Origin: Vulcanimicrobiota bacterium
Lineage (GTDB): Bacteria; Vulcanimicrobiota; Vulcanimicrobiia; Vulcanimicrobiales; Vulcanimicrobiaceae
Direction of reading: 5' to 3'
Length of the DNA stretch: 64,000 bases
Assembly: GCA_963777315.1 (NCBI GenBank)
Contig: CAVZQC010000002.1
Location: 480,001-544,000, forward strand
Positions 1 through 10,596 of the stretch are shown in pieces. Under the pieces are notes generated by a model. The model worked only from the letters and a program-made list of their open reading frames with translations. It did no database searches and was not told where the DNA came from. The position numbers and the translations under genes were made by a program. The stretch's first letter is position 1. Each line of letters starts with the position of its first letter.

Positions 1-1
1 G

Positions 2-1261
2 CAGCTCGGGCGCAGCGTCGACGTACCGGGGGAGGCGGACTACACGCTCGACGCGAGCAATCTCATCTTGCTTCCGGGGCTCGTCAATACCCACCATCAC
101 TTCTATCAAACTCTCACGCGCAACGTCCCCGGAACGCAAAACGCAGGACTTTTCGATTGGCTTACGGCGCTCTATCCGATTTGGGGTAGAATGACGCCGC
201 AGGCGATTGCCGTTTCGACGATGACCGCGATGGCGGAACTGATGCTGACGGGCTGCACCTCCACGAGCGATCACTGCTACATCTGGCCGAACGGCGCGCG
301 CATTGACGATCAAATCGAGGCGGCGCGCGTCATGGGCATGCGATTTCACGCTGCGCGCGGCTCAATGTCGGTGGGACAATCGCGCGGCGGCCTGCCACCG
401 GACAGCATCGTGGAAGACGAAGGCGTCATTCTGCGCGACTCGCAGCGCGCGATCGATGCATATCACGACGCGGCTCGCTTCTCGATGACGCGCATCGTAC
501 TCGCCCCTTGCTCGCCGTTTTCCGTTTCGGCGGATTTGATGCGCGAAACCGTGGCGCTCGCGCGCGCGAACAACGTGCATTCGCACACGCATCTTGCGGA
601 AACGATGGACGAAGAGCGCTTTTGCACAAAACGGTTCGGAAGAAGGCCGGTCGAGCTTGCTGCCGATTTGGGGTGGACGGGCGAGGATGTCTGGCACGCC
701 CACGCCGTGTGCAGCTCCGACGCCGACGCCGCAGTTCTGGGCCGTACGCATACCGGCATCGCACATTGTCCCACATCGAACTTGCGCCTGGGGTCGGGCA
801 TTGCGCCCATCGCCCGGCTTGCGCGCGCGGGAGCTCGCATTGGGCTGGGCGTCGATGGTTCGGCATCCAACGATGCTTCGTCGATGCTCGACGAAGCGCG
901 CCAAGCGCTGCTGCTCGCTCGTGCCGGCGGCGATCCGTCGGCGATGACCGCAACGACGGCGCTTTCCTTTGCAACGCGCGGCGGTGCGCGGGTTCTGGGC
1001 CGCGACGACATTGGGATGCTTGCGCCGGGGATGGCGGCCGACGTCGTCGGCTATCGCATCGACACGCTGCCGCTCGCCGGCGCGGCCGTACACGATCCAA
1101 TCGCCTCGCTGCTCTTCTGCCGTCCCGGCAACGTGGACTTGAGCATCATCAACGGCCGGCAGCGCATCCGCGACGGCAAGTTCGTGGATCTGGATTTAGA
1201 TGGGCTGATCGAGCGGCACAATCGGATCGCTCGCGCGCTCGTCCGCGACGAGTTGCGCTGA
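2..1261 (+). CDS. 8-oxoguanine deaminase-like amidohydrolase (5' end outside window)
   Basis: PGLVNTHHH metal motif, HSHTHLAET, HCPTSNLRLGSG, LGVDGSASND; frame open to window start; purine cluster context. Confidence 0.85.
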   Translation, partial: QLGRSVDVPGEADYTLDASNLILLPGLVNTHHHFYQTLTRNVPGTQNAGLFDWLTALYPIWGRMTPQAIAVSTMTAMAELMLTGCTSTSDHCYIWPNGARIDDQIEAARVMGMRFHAARGSMSVGQSRGGLPPDSIVEDEGVILRDSQRAIDAYHDAARFSMTRIVLAPCSPFSVSADLMRETVALARANNVHSHTHLAETMDEERFCTKRFGRRPVELAADLGWTGEDVWHAHAVCSSDADAAVLGRTHTGIAHCPTSNLRLGSGIAPIARLARAGARIGLGVDGSASNDASSMLDEARQALLLARAGGDPSAMTATTALSFATRGGARVLGRDDIGMLAPGMAADVVGYRIDTLPLAGAAVHDPIASLLFCRPGNVDLSIINGRQRIRDGKFVDLDLDGLIERHNRIARALVRDELR

Positions 1262-3403
1262 GTGCGCCAAAGCGCGAAGGACGCGTTCGGGCGTCATCGG
1301 CAGTTCGCAAACCCAAGCTCCGGTCGCGGCATGAATGGCACTCGCCACGGCGGCGGCAAACGGAACCAGCGCCATCTCTGCAACGCCCCGCGCCCCGAAC
1401 GGACCGTGCGGATCGGCGCCTTCTAAGATCTCGGTGTACACTTCGGTCGGCATGTCGAGCGTCGTCGGCAGCAAGTACGTGCTCAAGTACGGCGTTTGAA
1501 TTTTACCGGCTTTGCATTGCAGATGCTCGGTGAGAGTGTACCCGACGGCTTGCGCCAAGCATCCCTCGACCTGGGCTTCGATCTGCTGTGGATTAATTGC
1601 GCGTCCGACATCGTGAACGCTCAGTATCTTCAGCACGCGCACTTGTCCGGTACGCGTGTTGACTTCCACTTCGACCGCCTGCGAAACATAACCGTACGAA
1701 TAATTCGGCGTCCCGGCGGTCGTTTGCGGATCGATCGGCGTCGTTGCACCCGGACGGAATTGCACCGTTGCGCGTGCGTCCGGCCCGGGAAACTTGGCCT
1801 TTGCGGATTCGGCCGCATCCTTGACCGCGCGTCCGGCCATCAACGTGAGCCGGGACGCGGACGCGCTGCCGGCATCCGGCGCGGTGCTCGAGTCGTCCGT
1901 CACCATTCGAACGATCTCGAACGGCACGGCCAGAGCCTGCGCTGCGATCTGCCGCAAGATGGTGTGAACGCCTTGTCCGACCTCGGCCGCTCCGCAGCGC
2001 ACCGTTGCGGCTTGAATATCGCGTTCGCCGAACAGTTCCACGGTTGCGGTCGCCTGCTCCGGAAATCCGAACGAATAGCCGACGTTTTTGATGCCCGACG
2101 CGATTGCGACCCCGCGGCGCAAATGCGTTTTGGGCCGGTGATCGGGCACCCCGTACTGCAGCCGTTTGCGGCCTTCTCGAATGCACCGTTCGAGAGTAGG
2201 AACGGCTCCGACGCCGGCGGGCAGCGGATGCTGCGTAGGCTCGATGCTGCCTTCGCGATACATATTGCGCAGTCGAATTTCGACCGGATCGATGTCGAGC
2301 GCGTGCGCGAGACGGGTCACCATGCTTTCGGCGGCAAACTGCGCTTGAGGCGATCCGAAGCCGCGGAAGGCTCCGCTGGGCACGTTGTTCGTGTAGACGG
2401 CGTAACCGTCCGATGCGACGTTTTCGATCTCGTAGCAGCCGCTGGCAAAAAGCGTCGCGCCTTTGAGCACTTCGACGCTCGTCGACGCGTACGCGCCCCC
2501 ATCGCAAACCAGTTCGGTCCGGGCGGCGAGGATGCGGCCGTCGCGCCGCGCGGCCCACTTGGATCGTATCGAAAACGGATGCCGTTTGTGATGTCCGATT
2601 ATCGATTCTTCCCGCGTCCAAATGATGGCGCAGGGGCGCTTGAGCTTCCATGCCGCCAGCGCGAGGGCGGTCTGAACGCTCAAATCTTCCCGGCCGCCGA
2701 AGGCGCCGCCGATTTTTGCGTAGCGCACTATCACGTCGTCGTCTTTGAGATGCAGCATCTTGGCGAGCTGCTTGCGATCTTCGTGCAACCACTGTCCCGC
2801 GGTTACCACGACGAGTTTATCGCCTTCGTAAAGCGCAATGCCGGCATCGGGCTGCAGATATGCGTGTTCCTGCCACGACGTTTCGAATTCGCCGGTAAGG
2901 ACCACGTGCGCGCTCGCAAATGCGCTCTCGACGTCGCCTTTGTGGATTTGTACGTGCGCCAGCACGTTGGTTTCACGATCGGCGTGCACAAGCGGAGCGT
3001 CCGGCATCATCCCCGCTCGCGCGTCCGTAACTGCGGGCAAGTCTTCGTACGAGACTTTGACGCGCATGGCAGCCGAATCCGCCGCCGCCTGCGTCTGTGC
3101 CGCTACGACTGCCACCTTGTCGCCGTGGTGTCGCACGACGTCGTCGCAAAGTACCGGTTGATCCTCGGTTATCAGCCCATAACGGTTGTACGGAACGTCC
3201 TTGGACGTAAAGACCCCCAAGACGCCGGGAATTGCCATCGCTTCGGATATGTCGATCGAAACGATGCGCGCGTGCGCCCGCTGGGCGAATACGACTTTGA
3301 GCCGCACCATGTCGGGCCGCACGAGGTCTGCCGGATAGGCTGCCGCTCCCGTCACTTTTTCAAGCGCGTCCGTGCGCGCCATAGGCCTTCCGACGAAGTT
3401 CAA
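1196..3403 (-). CDS. xanthine dehydrogenase family molybdopterin-binding subunit
   Basis: GGAFGGRE, AFRGFGSPQ, GPFGARGVAE motifs; TTG start overlapping upstream stop. Confidence 0.9.
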   Translation of the reverse strand: MNFVGRPMARTDALEKVTGAAAYPADLVRPDMVRLKVVFAQRAHARIVSIDISEAMAIPGVLGVFTSKDVPYNRYGLITEDQPVLCDDVVRHHGDKVAVVAAQTQAAADSAAMRVKVSYEDLPAVTDARAGMMPDAPLVHADRETNVLAHVQIHKGDVESAFASAHVVLTGEFETSWQEHAYLQPDAGIALYEGDKLVVVTAGQWLHEDRKQLAKMLHLKDDDVIVRYAKIGGAFGGREDLSVQTALALAAWKLKRPCAIIWTREESIIGHHKRHPFSIRSKWAARRDGRILAARTELVCDGGAYASTSVEVLKGATLFASGCYEIENVASDGYAVYTNNVPSGAFRGFGSPQAQFAAESMVTRLAHALDIDPVEIRLRNMYREGSIEPTQHPLPAGVGAVPTLERCIREGRKRLQYGVPDHRPKTHLRRGVAIASGIKNVGYSFGFPEQATATVELFGERDIQAATVRCGAAEVGQGVHTILRQIAAQALAVPFEIVRMVTDDSSTAPDAGSASASRLTLMAGRAVKDAAESAKAKFPGPDARATVQFRPGATTPIDPQTTAGTPNYSYGYVSQAVEVEVNTRTGQVRVLKILSVHDVGRAINPQQIEAQVEGCLAQAVGYTLTEHLQCKAGKIQTPYLSTYLLPTTLDMPTEVYTEILEGADPHGPFGARGVAEMALVPFAAAVASAIHAATGAWVCELPMTPERVLRALAHSAQLVADERASDPIVPLDQPI

Positions 3404-4809
3404 ACTTCGACCGCCTCGCGCATCGTCCGTTCGCCGGCCGCAGCCATGGCGTCGAGAATCTTGCGATAGCCCGTGCAGCGGCAGATATTGCCGCTGATTG
3501 CAGCCTGGTACTGCTCCAGAGTCGGCTGCGGATGCTCCTGCAGCAGTTTTGCGCCCGCCATGATCATGCCGGGGATGCAGAAACCGCATTGAACGGCAGC
3601 GCGGTCGATGTAGGCTTCCTGCAAAGGATGCAGTTCGTCGCCGCGGGCCAAACCTTCGACGGTGGTGACGTCCGCGCCGTGCGCTTGCGCGGCGGGCACA
3701 AGGCACGACATGACGGCCTGTCCGTTGAGCCACACCGTGCATGCCCCGCACTCGCCCTCGGCACAGCCTTCCTTTGCACCGATCAAACCGACGTCGTCAC
3801 GCAGTGCGTTCAGCAGCGTTTTGTGCTGCGCGCCGGCGATCGCAGTTGCTCGGCCGTTGATCGTCGTTTCAATCGTTCCCGCGAATGCAGCGGGCGTGGC
3901 GGCGGGCTTGCTGCAAGTATCCAACAGCACCGGCGCACCAGGGAGTCCTTCGGCGCAGCGGTTTTCCGCGATTCGCTTAAGGCCGTCTTCGATGAAGACG
4001 GCCAGCATGGCCGCGCGATATTCTTTTGAACCGCGCACGTCATCGATCGGTGCGACGTCCAGCGTTGCTAAACGCCCGGCTTCACGGCGAGCGGCGTCAT
4101 CGAGCGGCTTGCCGAGCAGATACGCTTCGACGGACCGTGCATGGACGATGGTGGGCGCCAAACACCCAAGCGTAATGCTCGCGTCTCGAACGCGTTCACC
4201 GTCGAAGCCGATGACGAACGCTGCGTCGATGACGGAAATGGCTTGCGCGCGTCGCAATCCGAGCTTGAGGAATAGGCCCCGGCGAGCGGCGCCGAGCTTC
4301 GCAAACCGGATTTCGGTGAGCAGCTCATCGCTAGCGGCTACCGTCCTGCGAAACCCGCAATAGAATTCGGCGATCGGCACGCAGCGCGTGCCCTTGGCGC
4401 TTTGCAGCGTAATCGTGCAGTCCAGTGCGGCCAGCGACGTGATGGTGTCGTTAGCCGGCGACGCGGTCAGCACGTTGCCCGCGATTGTGCCGCGCGTGCG
4501 AATTTGGGGGGCGCCCACTTCCAGGCAGGCTTGCACGAGCGGAAGCGCGTGAAGAACGCAGGCGTGCGATGCTATGACGTCATTGTGGGTCGCAATGCCG
4601 CCGATGGCGATGTGATCCGCGTCGGACCGCACGTAGCGAAGTTCATCGAGCTTGGTGATATCGATGAGGGTGCGCGCGGGCTTGCCGCCGCGCTGCAACT
4701 CGACCAAGACGTCGGTTCCGCCGGCCACGATTCGCGTTTGGCCGTCCTGCTGTTCCAGGAGAGCGAGCGCTTCCGGCACCGACGTGGGTTGGAGGTATCG
4801 CTCCCACAT
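3400..4809 (-). CDS. xanthine dehydrogenase family FAD-binding subunit fused to C-terminal 2Fe-2S subunit
   Basis: AGGTD and QIRTRGTIAGN FAD motifs, then GCAEGECGACTV, QCGFC, NICRCTGY. Confidence 0.9.
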   Translation of the reverse strand: MWERYLQPTSVPEALALLEQQDGQTRIVAGGTDVLVELQRGGKPARTLIDITKLDELRYVRSDADHIAIGGIATHNDVIASHACVLHALPLVQACLEVGAPQIRTRGTIAGNVLTASPANDTITSLAALDCTITLQSAKGTRCVPIAEFYCGFRRTVAASDELLTEIRFAKLGAARRGLFLKLGLRRAQAISVIDAAFVIGFDGERVRDASITLGCLAPTIVHARSVEAYLLGKPLDDAARREAGRLATLDVAPIDDVRGSKEYRAAMLAVFIEDGLKRIAENRCAEGLPGAPVLLDTCSKPAATPAAFAGTIETTINGRATAIAGAQHKTLLNALRDDVGLIGAKEGCAEGECGACTVWLNGQAVMSCLVPAAQAHGADVTTVEGLARGDELHPLQEAYIDRAAVQCGFCIPGMIMAGAKLLQEHPQPTLEQYQAAISGNICRCTGYRKILDAMAAAGERTMREAVEV

Positions 4810-4849
4810 GATACGGATTTCACCACAGCCGCGTGGAAGCCATGTTCCA

Positions 4850-5935
4850 ATGCTGGATCTGCTGGACGACATCGCCGGCTGGCAGCGTGCCGGGCGCGAA
4901 ATTGCACTGGCCACGCTCGTGGACGTGCGCGGTTCGGCTCCACGCGATCCGGGAGCGGCATTGGCGATCACGAACGCCGGCGAACTCGCCGGTTCGGTGA
5001 GCGGCGGCTGCGTCGAAGCAGCGTTGGTCGAAGAAGCCGGCTCGATTCTGAGCGGCGCGCCGGCGCGCATCGTTGAGTACGGCATTTCGGATGCCGACGC
5101 GCAAGCGGTCGGCCTGACGTGCGGCGGCAAACTGCGGGTTTTCATCGAACGTCTTGCCCCGGACATTGCGGCGGTGGTCTCTACGCGCTCACAGAGCGAC
5201 GATCTCGCCGGTCTGGCAGTTCGTCTGACGGGACCGCTTGCCGGTTCGCGCCTTTGCGCGTTCGCGGGCGGCGTAGCCGGTACGCTGGGAAACGGCGGGC
5301 TCGACGCCGCCGTGGCCGCCGAGCTTCGTTCGAACGCGGCAAACCATGTGCCGCAGACGCGAACGTACGGCGAGTCCGGCGAACCGCACGGAACGGTGGA
5401 AGTTTTTCTCCAGCGCATCGCATCCGCACCGCAGATGTACATTTTTGGAGCGATGGATTTCACCAACGCCGTCGCGCACGTCGCGAAATTTCTGGGATAC
5501 CACGTCACCGTTTGCGACGCGCGCCCCGCGTTTGCGACGCGCGAACGCCTTCCGGACGCGGATGCGATTGCCGTGCGGTGGCCGGACGAATTTCTCACGG
5601 ACGCGCCGGTGGACGAGCGAACCGCGCTCATCGTACTGACGCACGATGAAAAATTCGACGTTCCGCTTTTGCGGATTGCGGTGAAGAGCCGCGCCGGATA
5701 CATCGGCGTGATGGGAAGCCGCAGGACGCACGCGCGCCGGCTCGATCAGTTACGCGAGCTCGGCGTTACCGGCGAGCAGATCCAACGCCTAAGCGCACCC
5801 GTAGGATTGGACATCGGCGCCCGCACGCCGCAGGAAACGGCGGTTTCGATCTGCGCGGAACTGATCGCAATCGGACATCGCCGCAGCGGCGGCAGACTCA
5901 CCGGCGGAGGCGGGGCGGTGCGCGGGACGCCGTGA
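4850..5935 (+). CDS. xdhC: XdhC/CoxI family molybdoenzyme maturation factor
   Basis: GSAPRDPGA, GSVSGGCVE, GLTCGG, APVGLDIGARTPQE. Confidence 0.9.
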   Translation: MLDLLDDIAGWQRAGREIALATLVDVRGSAPRDPGAALAITNAGELAGSVSGGCVEAALVEEAGSILSGAPARIVEYGISDADAQAVGLTCGGKLRVFIERLAPDIAAVVSTRSQSDDLAGLAVRLTGPLAGSRLCAFAGGVAGTLGNGGLDAAVAAELRSNAANHVPQTRTYGESGEPHGTVEVFLQRIASAPQMYIFGAMDFTNAVAHVAKFLGYHVTVCDARPAFATRERLPDADAIAVRWPDEFLTDAPVDERTALIVLTHDEKFDVPLLRIAVKSRAGYIGVMGSRRTHARRLDQLRELGVTGEQIQRLSAPVGLDIGARTPQETAVSICAELIAIGHRRSGGRLTGGGGAVRGTP

Positions 5936-6477
5936 ACGTACGCGCCGTGATTCTTGCGGCGGGCCGGTCCGAACGCATGGGCCGGCAAAAGTTGCTGATG
6001 CCTTTTCGCGGCAAGCCGATGATCCAGCACGCGATAGCGGCCTGCCGTGATTGGGATCCACTGATCGTTGCCAGCCCAGATCTCGCAACGTTCTTGCAAA
6101 CCGCGCCGGGCCTGACGGTCGTGCTCAACGAGCATCCGGAGTTGGGCATGTCGCACTCGCTCGAGCTCGCCCACGAAGCGCTGCCGCCGGAGCAGCCGAT
6201 TATCGTTCTGCTCGGCGATAAGCCGTTGGTGACGCGCTCGCTGATTGCGAGCATTTGCGATTCGGCAGCGGGCGCAGACCTTGTCTATCCCCGCCGGGGG
6301 GCGCAGCCCGGCCATCCGGTATTTTTTTCCGCTGCTGCGCGATCGCGGATTCCGGCACTGCCGCCCGGCGACTCGCTGCGCGAGCTGCGCACGGACCCCG
6401 CGCTCATTTGCATTGCTCGGGAGACGCAAGACGAGGGCGCATATTTCGACGTCGATCGGTATCCGCTCGATTCGTAG
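5932..6477 (+). CDS. mocA: molybdenum cofactor cytidylyltransferase (MocA-like NTP transferase)
   Basis: ILAAGRSERMGRQKLL, LLGDKP, GHPVFF; coupled to xdhC. Confidence 0.8.
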   Translation: MNVRAVILAAGRSERMGRQKLLMPFRGKPMIQHAIAACRDWDPLIVASPDLATFLQTAPGLTVVLNEHPELGMSHSLELAHEALPPEQPIIVLLGDKPLVTRSLIASICDSAAGADLVYPRRGAQPGHPVFFSAAARSRIPALPPGDSLRELRTDPALICIARETQDEGAYFDVDRYPLDS

Positions 6478-6543
6478 CCCGTCGCGCCCGCGGCCCGGAT
6501 TGCCGGGAAGGGTTCGTTTCGATCTTCGCGACATCGAATCGGC

Positions 6544-7452
6544 ATGGCAATGTACGCGCGCGACATGGTTGGTTACGGCGCCACTCCTCCGGATCCGCGA
6601 TGGCCCGGCGGAGCGCGCATCGCGGTCCAGATCGTACTGAATTACGAAGAGGGATCGGAGTACTCGATCCCCGACGGCGACCGCGCTTCCGAGCTGTATC
6701 TCACCGAGGTTCCCGGCGCCACCGTTGGCCCGGCAAAGCGCGATCTGATCGTCGAGTCCGTCTACGAATACGGAAGCCGGGCCGGTTTCTGGCGGCTCAT
6801 GCGTCTGTTTGCCGATCGCAGCCTCCCGCTGACCGTTTTCGGAGCGGCGCTCGCATTGGAACGCAATCCGCAAGCAGCCGCGGCCATCCGCAATGCCGGT
6901 CACGAAGTTTGTTCGCACGGTTATCGCTGGGTCGGCTTTCACGACATGAGCGAAAAGAAAGAACGCAAGGAGATGAAAAAAGCCGTAGAGTCGATCGCGC
7001 GCACCATCGGCGAACGGCCCTATGGATGGTACTGCCGCTACGCTCCCAGCGAAAACACCCGGCGGCTCGTCGTGGAAGAGGGCGGCTTTTTGTACGACTC
7101 GGACGCGTATAACGACGACCTTCCGTACTGGGTCAACGTCTCGGGAAAAGATCACCTGGTGATTCCTTACACCCTGGACGTCAACGATATGAAATGGTGC
7201 GTGTCACCGGGATTCTCATCGCCCTCAGGTTATTATGAATACATGCGCGACGCGTTCGACACGCTGTATCGCGAAGGCCGAAGCTCGCCCAAGTTGATGT
7301 CGGTCGGATTGCACCCGCGGCTGGCGGGCCGGCCAGGACGCGCAGGCGCCGTCGAACGTTTTTTGGACCATATGATGAAGCACGAACAGGTGTGGATCTG
7401 CCGCCGCGTCGACGTTGCGCGTCATTGGATCGCCCACCATCCGCCGCGATGA
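6544..7452 (+). CDS. puuE: allantoinase PuuE (polysaccharide deacetylase fold)
   Basis: RDMVGYG, WPGGARIAVQIVLNYEEG, ESVYEYGSRAGFWRL, YNDDLPYW. Confidence 0.9.
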   Translation: MAMYARDMVGYGATPPDPRWPGGARIAVQIVLNYEEGSEYSIPDGDRASELYLTEVPGATVGPAKRDLIVESVYEYGSRAGFWRLMRLFADRSLPLTVFGAALALERNPQAAAAIRNAGHEVCSHGYRWVGFHDMSEKKERKEMKKAVESIARTIGERPYGWYCRYAPSENTRRLVVEEGGFLYDSDAYNDDLPYWVNVSGKDHLVIPYTLDVNDMKWCVSPGFSSPSGYYEYMRDAFDTLYREGRSSPKLMSVGLHPRLAGRPGRAGAVERFLDHMMKHEQVWICRRVDVARHWIAHHPPR

Positions 7453-8684
7453 TCGCGCGCGCGAAAACCGGCGTCGTCGAGCGTCTGGCGGAACTGGCAA
7501 AGCTCGGCCGGCACGCCGACGGGATCGATCGACGCCCGGCCACGCCGCAGGAGCGCGCAGCGCGTGATTTGTTTGCCCAATGGGCGTTGCAATCCGGTTT
7601 CGTTCTCAGCCAGGACCGCGTCGGCAATCTGTTTGCGCGCAAGCACGGAGTCCGCGACGATCTGGCGCCGATTCTCGTCGGCTCGCATCTGGACACGGTT
7701 CCGACCGGTGGGGCCTACGACGGTGCCTACGGCGTGGCCGGCGCACTTTGCGCGCTGGATCTGCTCGTGCACGGTGAAGTCGCGACGAATCACCCGGTTG
7801 AAGCGGCTGCCTGGATCGGCGAGGAGGGCAGCCGTTTTCCAATGGGCTGCTTGGGCAGCTCGGTATTCGCCGGTTTGACGGGTGCAGGCGACGCTCTGGC
7901 GATGCCCGATGACCAGGGCATCTCGCTTGAAAGCGCACTGTCATCGCGCGACGCCGGGCTCTTGCCGGACGTCGCCGAGCGAAGCGAAAATCGCGCAGCG
8001 GCATATCTGGAGCTGCACGTGGAACAGGGACCGGTGCTGGACGCGGCCCGCATCTCTTTGGGCATCGTCACCGCGATCGCCGCGCAGCGCCGCTATCGTG
8101 TGACGGTCGAGGGCGAAAGCGGCCACGCGGGTACGGTGCCGATGGACCGCCGTTCGGATGCGTTGTGCGCTGCCGCCGAAATCATTCTGGCCCTTGAAGC
8201 CGCCGCCGGTGCCGCCGGAGAATGCGTGGCGACGGTCGGGCGCATCGTCGCCGAGCCCAACGGCACGAACGTCATTCCTGCTCGCGCGACGTTTTCTATC
8301 GATGCGCGTTCTGCGCACGCCGATCGCATCGATGCGATCGAAGGCGCGCTGAGCCGGGCAATTTCCCAAGCCCAAACGCGCCGCCGCGTGAAGATCGGCC
8401 TGCAGCGCCTCGAAGCCCGCGCGGCCACGCCCATGAACGCTGCGCTCCGCGCGGCGGTTCGCCGCGCAATCGAAACGATGGATCTGCGGGCGATGGACGT
8501 TGCCAGCGGCGCAGGCCACGACGCCATGTGTTTGGCGTGCATCGCGCCGGCTGCAATGATTTTCGTCCCGAGCATCGGCGGCCACAGCCACGTGGGTGCA
8601 GAACGCACGGCCGACAGCGATCTGGAGCTGGGAGTCCGGGCGCTTGCCCTGTCCATCGTCGAAGTCGACAAGATCGTGCCCTAG
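7449..8684 (+). CDS. allantoate amidohydrolase / M20 Zn-dependent hydrolase
   Basis: GSHLDTVPTGGAYDG, EEGSRF, ELHVEQGP, GHAGT, SGAGHDA. Confidence 0.85.
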   Translation: MIARAKTGVVERLAELAKLGRHADGIDRRPATPQERAARDLFAQWALQSGFVLSQDRVGNLFARKHGVRDDLAPILVGSHLDTVPTGGAYDGAYGVAGALCALDLLVHGEVATNHPVEAAAWIGEEGSRFPMGCLGSSVFAGLTGAGDALAMPDDQGISLESALSSRDAGLLPDVAERSENRAAAYLELHVEQGPVLDAARISLGIVTAIAAQRRYRVTVEGESGHAGTVPMDRRSDALCAAAEIILALEAAAGAAGECVATVGRIVAEPNGTNVIPARATFSIDARSAHADRIDAIEGALSRAISQAQTRRRVKIGLQRLEARAATPMNAALRAAVRRAIETMDLRAMDVASGAGHDAMCLACIAPAAMIFVPSIGGHSHVGAERTADSDLELGVRALALSIVEVDKIVP

Positions 8685-8701
8685 AAAGAAGGCGGCGTGC
8701 A

Positions 8702-9083
8702 ATGCGTTTCTTCATTTGCGGATCGGCGCTGCGCGGGCAGCCCGATCATACAAATCTCGGTCAGGCTGTATTTGTGGGCAAAGCGTTCACCGCACCCAAG
8801 TATCGTCTGCACTCGGTACGGGACGAGCATCCCGGCATTTATGAAGTTGCTGCCGGCGGCGTTTCAATCGAGGGCGAACTCTACGAGTTCACCGACGCGC
8901 AGCACGAGCATCTGCTTGCATGCGAACCGCCCGATTTGTACGAAGTCTCCAATCGAGCTGCAAGACGGCTCCACGGTCAACGCGATGATCTATCCGCGTG
9001 CGCTCATCGAAGAGCGACACTTCGAAGATATATCGCACTACGGCGGATGGGCTGCCTTCAAAGCTTCCGGCTCGGGGCGCTAG
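8702..9083 (+). CDS. gamma-glutamylcyclotransferase-fold protein resembling the allophanate hydrolase C-terminal domain (one-base frameshift near 8946)
   Basis: MRFFICGSALRG...TAPKYRL...IEGELYE continues in another frame as PIELQDG...DISHYGGWAAF. Confidence 0.7.
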
Positions 9084-9085
9084 CG

Positions 9086-9403
9086 TTAGCTGCCGCGGTA
9101 CGTCGTGTAACCGTACGGCGAAAGCAACAGCGGCACGTGATATTTGCCGCCGCGTTCCGTAATACGGAAGCGTATGGGAATCAGCTCGAAAAAGCAGTCC
9201 TCGTAGTATTCGGCAACTCGAAAACAGAGTTCGTACACGCCTGGCTCCAGCGTTCCGCCGAAGGGCGCTGCAATGCGTCCGTCCCCGTCGGTGGCCGCCT
9301 GCGCAACCAACGTGCGAGCCGAAGAGTGAAGGCGGTAGAGCTCCACGCCGATGCCGCTAGCCGGACGGCCGCGTGAAATATCGAGTACATGGGTTGAAAG
9401 CAT
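9086..9403 (-). CDS. uraH: 5-hydroxyisourate hydrolase
   Basis: LSTHVLD N-terminus, YHVPLLLSP, C-terminal YRGS. Confidence 0.95.
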   Translation of the reverse strand: MLSTHVLDISRGRPASGIGVELYRLHSSARTLVAQAATDGDGRIAAPFGGTLEPGVYELCFRVAEYYEDCFFELIPIRFRITERGGKYHVPLLLSPYGYTTYRGS

Positions 9404-9409
9404 TGCTTC

Positions 9410-10596
9410 TCACCGTTCTCCGGACGATATCCAAGCTCCGATCAGCGCGCGCTCCCTGTCCGTCATGCCGGTAACGTTGCCCAAAGGCATTGCGTGGGAC
9501 GCCACCGCTTGTTCGTACGCGCGCTGCGCATTGGCCCTGATATGCTGCTTGGAATCCAGCAGCACGCCCGCCGGCGCGGCGGCAAACCCGGGTTGCTTGG
9601 GATGCGCAGCATGGCACACCGCACATCGGCGTTCGAAGATCGGCTGCACCTGCGCAAAGGTTACCTTCGTTGCGAGGGTCGAGGGCTGCCGCGGCACAAT
9701 GGCGATGGCCACGCCGGCGAGCAGCGCGCCGGCGCCGACCAGCAGTGCCGGCACAAACCTATTTTTGTGGGTCAGTATGAAGAAATAGCGCACCAATACG
9801 CCGGCAAGCCCGATGATTGCCAGTACCAGCCATCCCCAACTGCTGCCGTAGGTCATGGGGTAATGGATGCTGATCATGGTAAACAGCACGGGCAGCGTGA
9901 AATACGTGTTGTGCACCGAGCGGGTCTTGCCGCGCAATCCCGGAGCAGGATCCGGCTCTCGGCCGGCGCGGATCTCCGCGAGCATTTTGCGCTGACCCGG
10001 AATGATCACGTACGCGACGTTGGCGACCATGATCGTACCGATGACGGCGCCGACGTGAATGTATGCCGCGCGTGCGCCGAAGATGTGAAAGAGCACCCAC
10101 GACATGAGCACCAAAAATGCAAATACGGCAACGCCGAGCAGCAAAGGGCGATTGCGCAAGAGCCGACAGAGCGTATCGTATACGACCCACCCCACGATCA
10201 GCGAACCGATGCTGATGGCGATTGCCGGCCCCGGCGAGAGATCCAGCACGCTCTTGTCGATCAGATACGTTGCTGCGCCGGCCCAGTAGACGATCGCGAG
10301 CATCGCCATCCCGGAAAGCCAAGTCGTATACGCTTCCCATTTGAACCAATGCAGGTTCTGCGTGAGCGGCATGCCTTTGGGACCCGTCGGGTATTTCTGA
10401 TTGTGATAGAAGCCGCCGCCGTGCACTGCCCAGACTCTCCGGAAACGCCGCGGTGAACCTCATCGGATTGCTGCGGCAGCGTGAGGTGGTTATCCAACCA
10501 CACGAAGTAAAAGGACGCTCCGATCCACGATATTCCGGCCACGAAGTGCAGCCACCGGAAAACGAGGTTCAACCATTCGAGCGCATATGCGCCCAT
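9410..10596 (-). CDS. puuD: membrane cytochrome c urate hydroxylase PuuD (frameshift near 10434)
   Basis: RWLHFVAGISWIGASFYFVWLD joins VHGGGFY, WFKWEAY, SVHNTYFTLP; C-terminal CAVCH heme motif. Confidence 0.85.

Noticed and set aside
1196..1261. 66-bp convergent overlap of the deaminase and xdh genes
   Set aside because: Short tail overlaps are common in GC-rich genomes; no special signal seen
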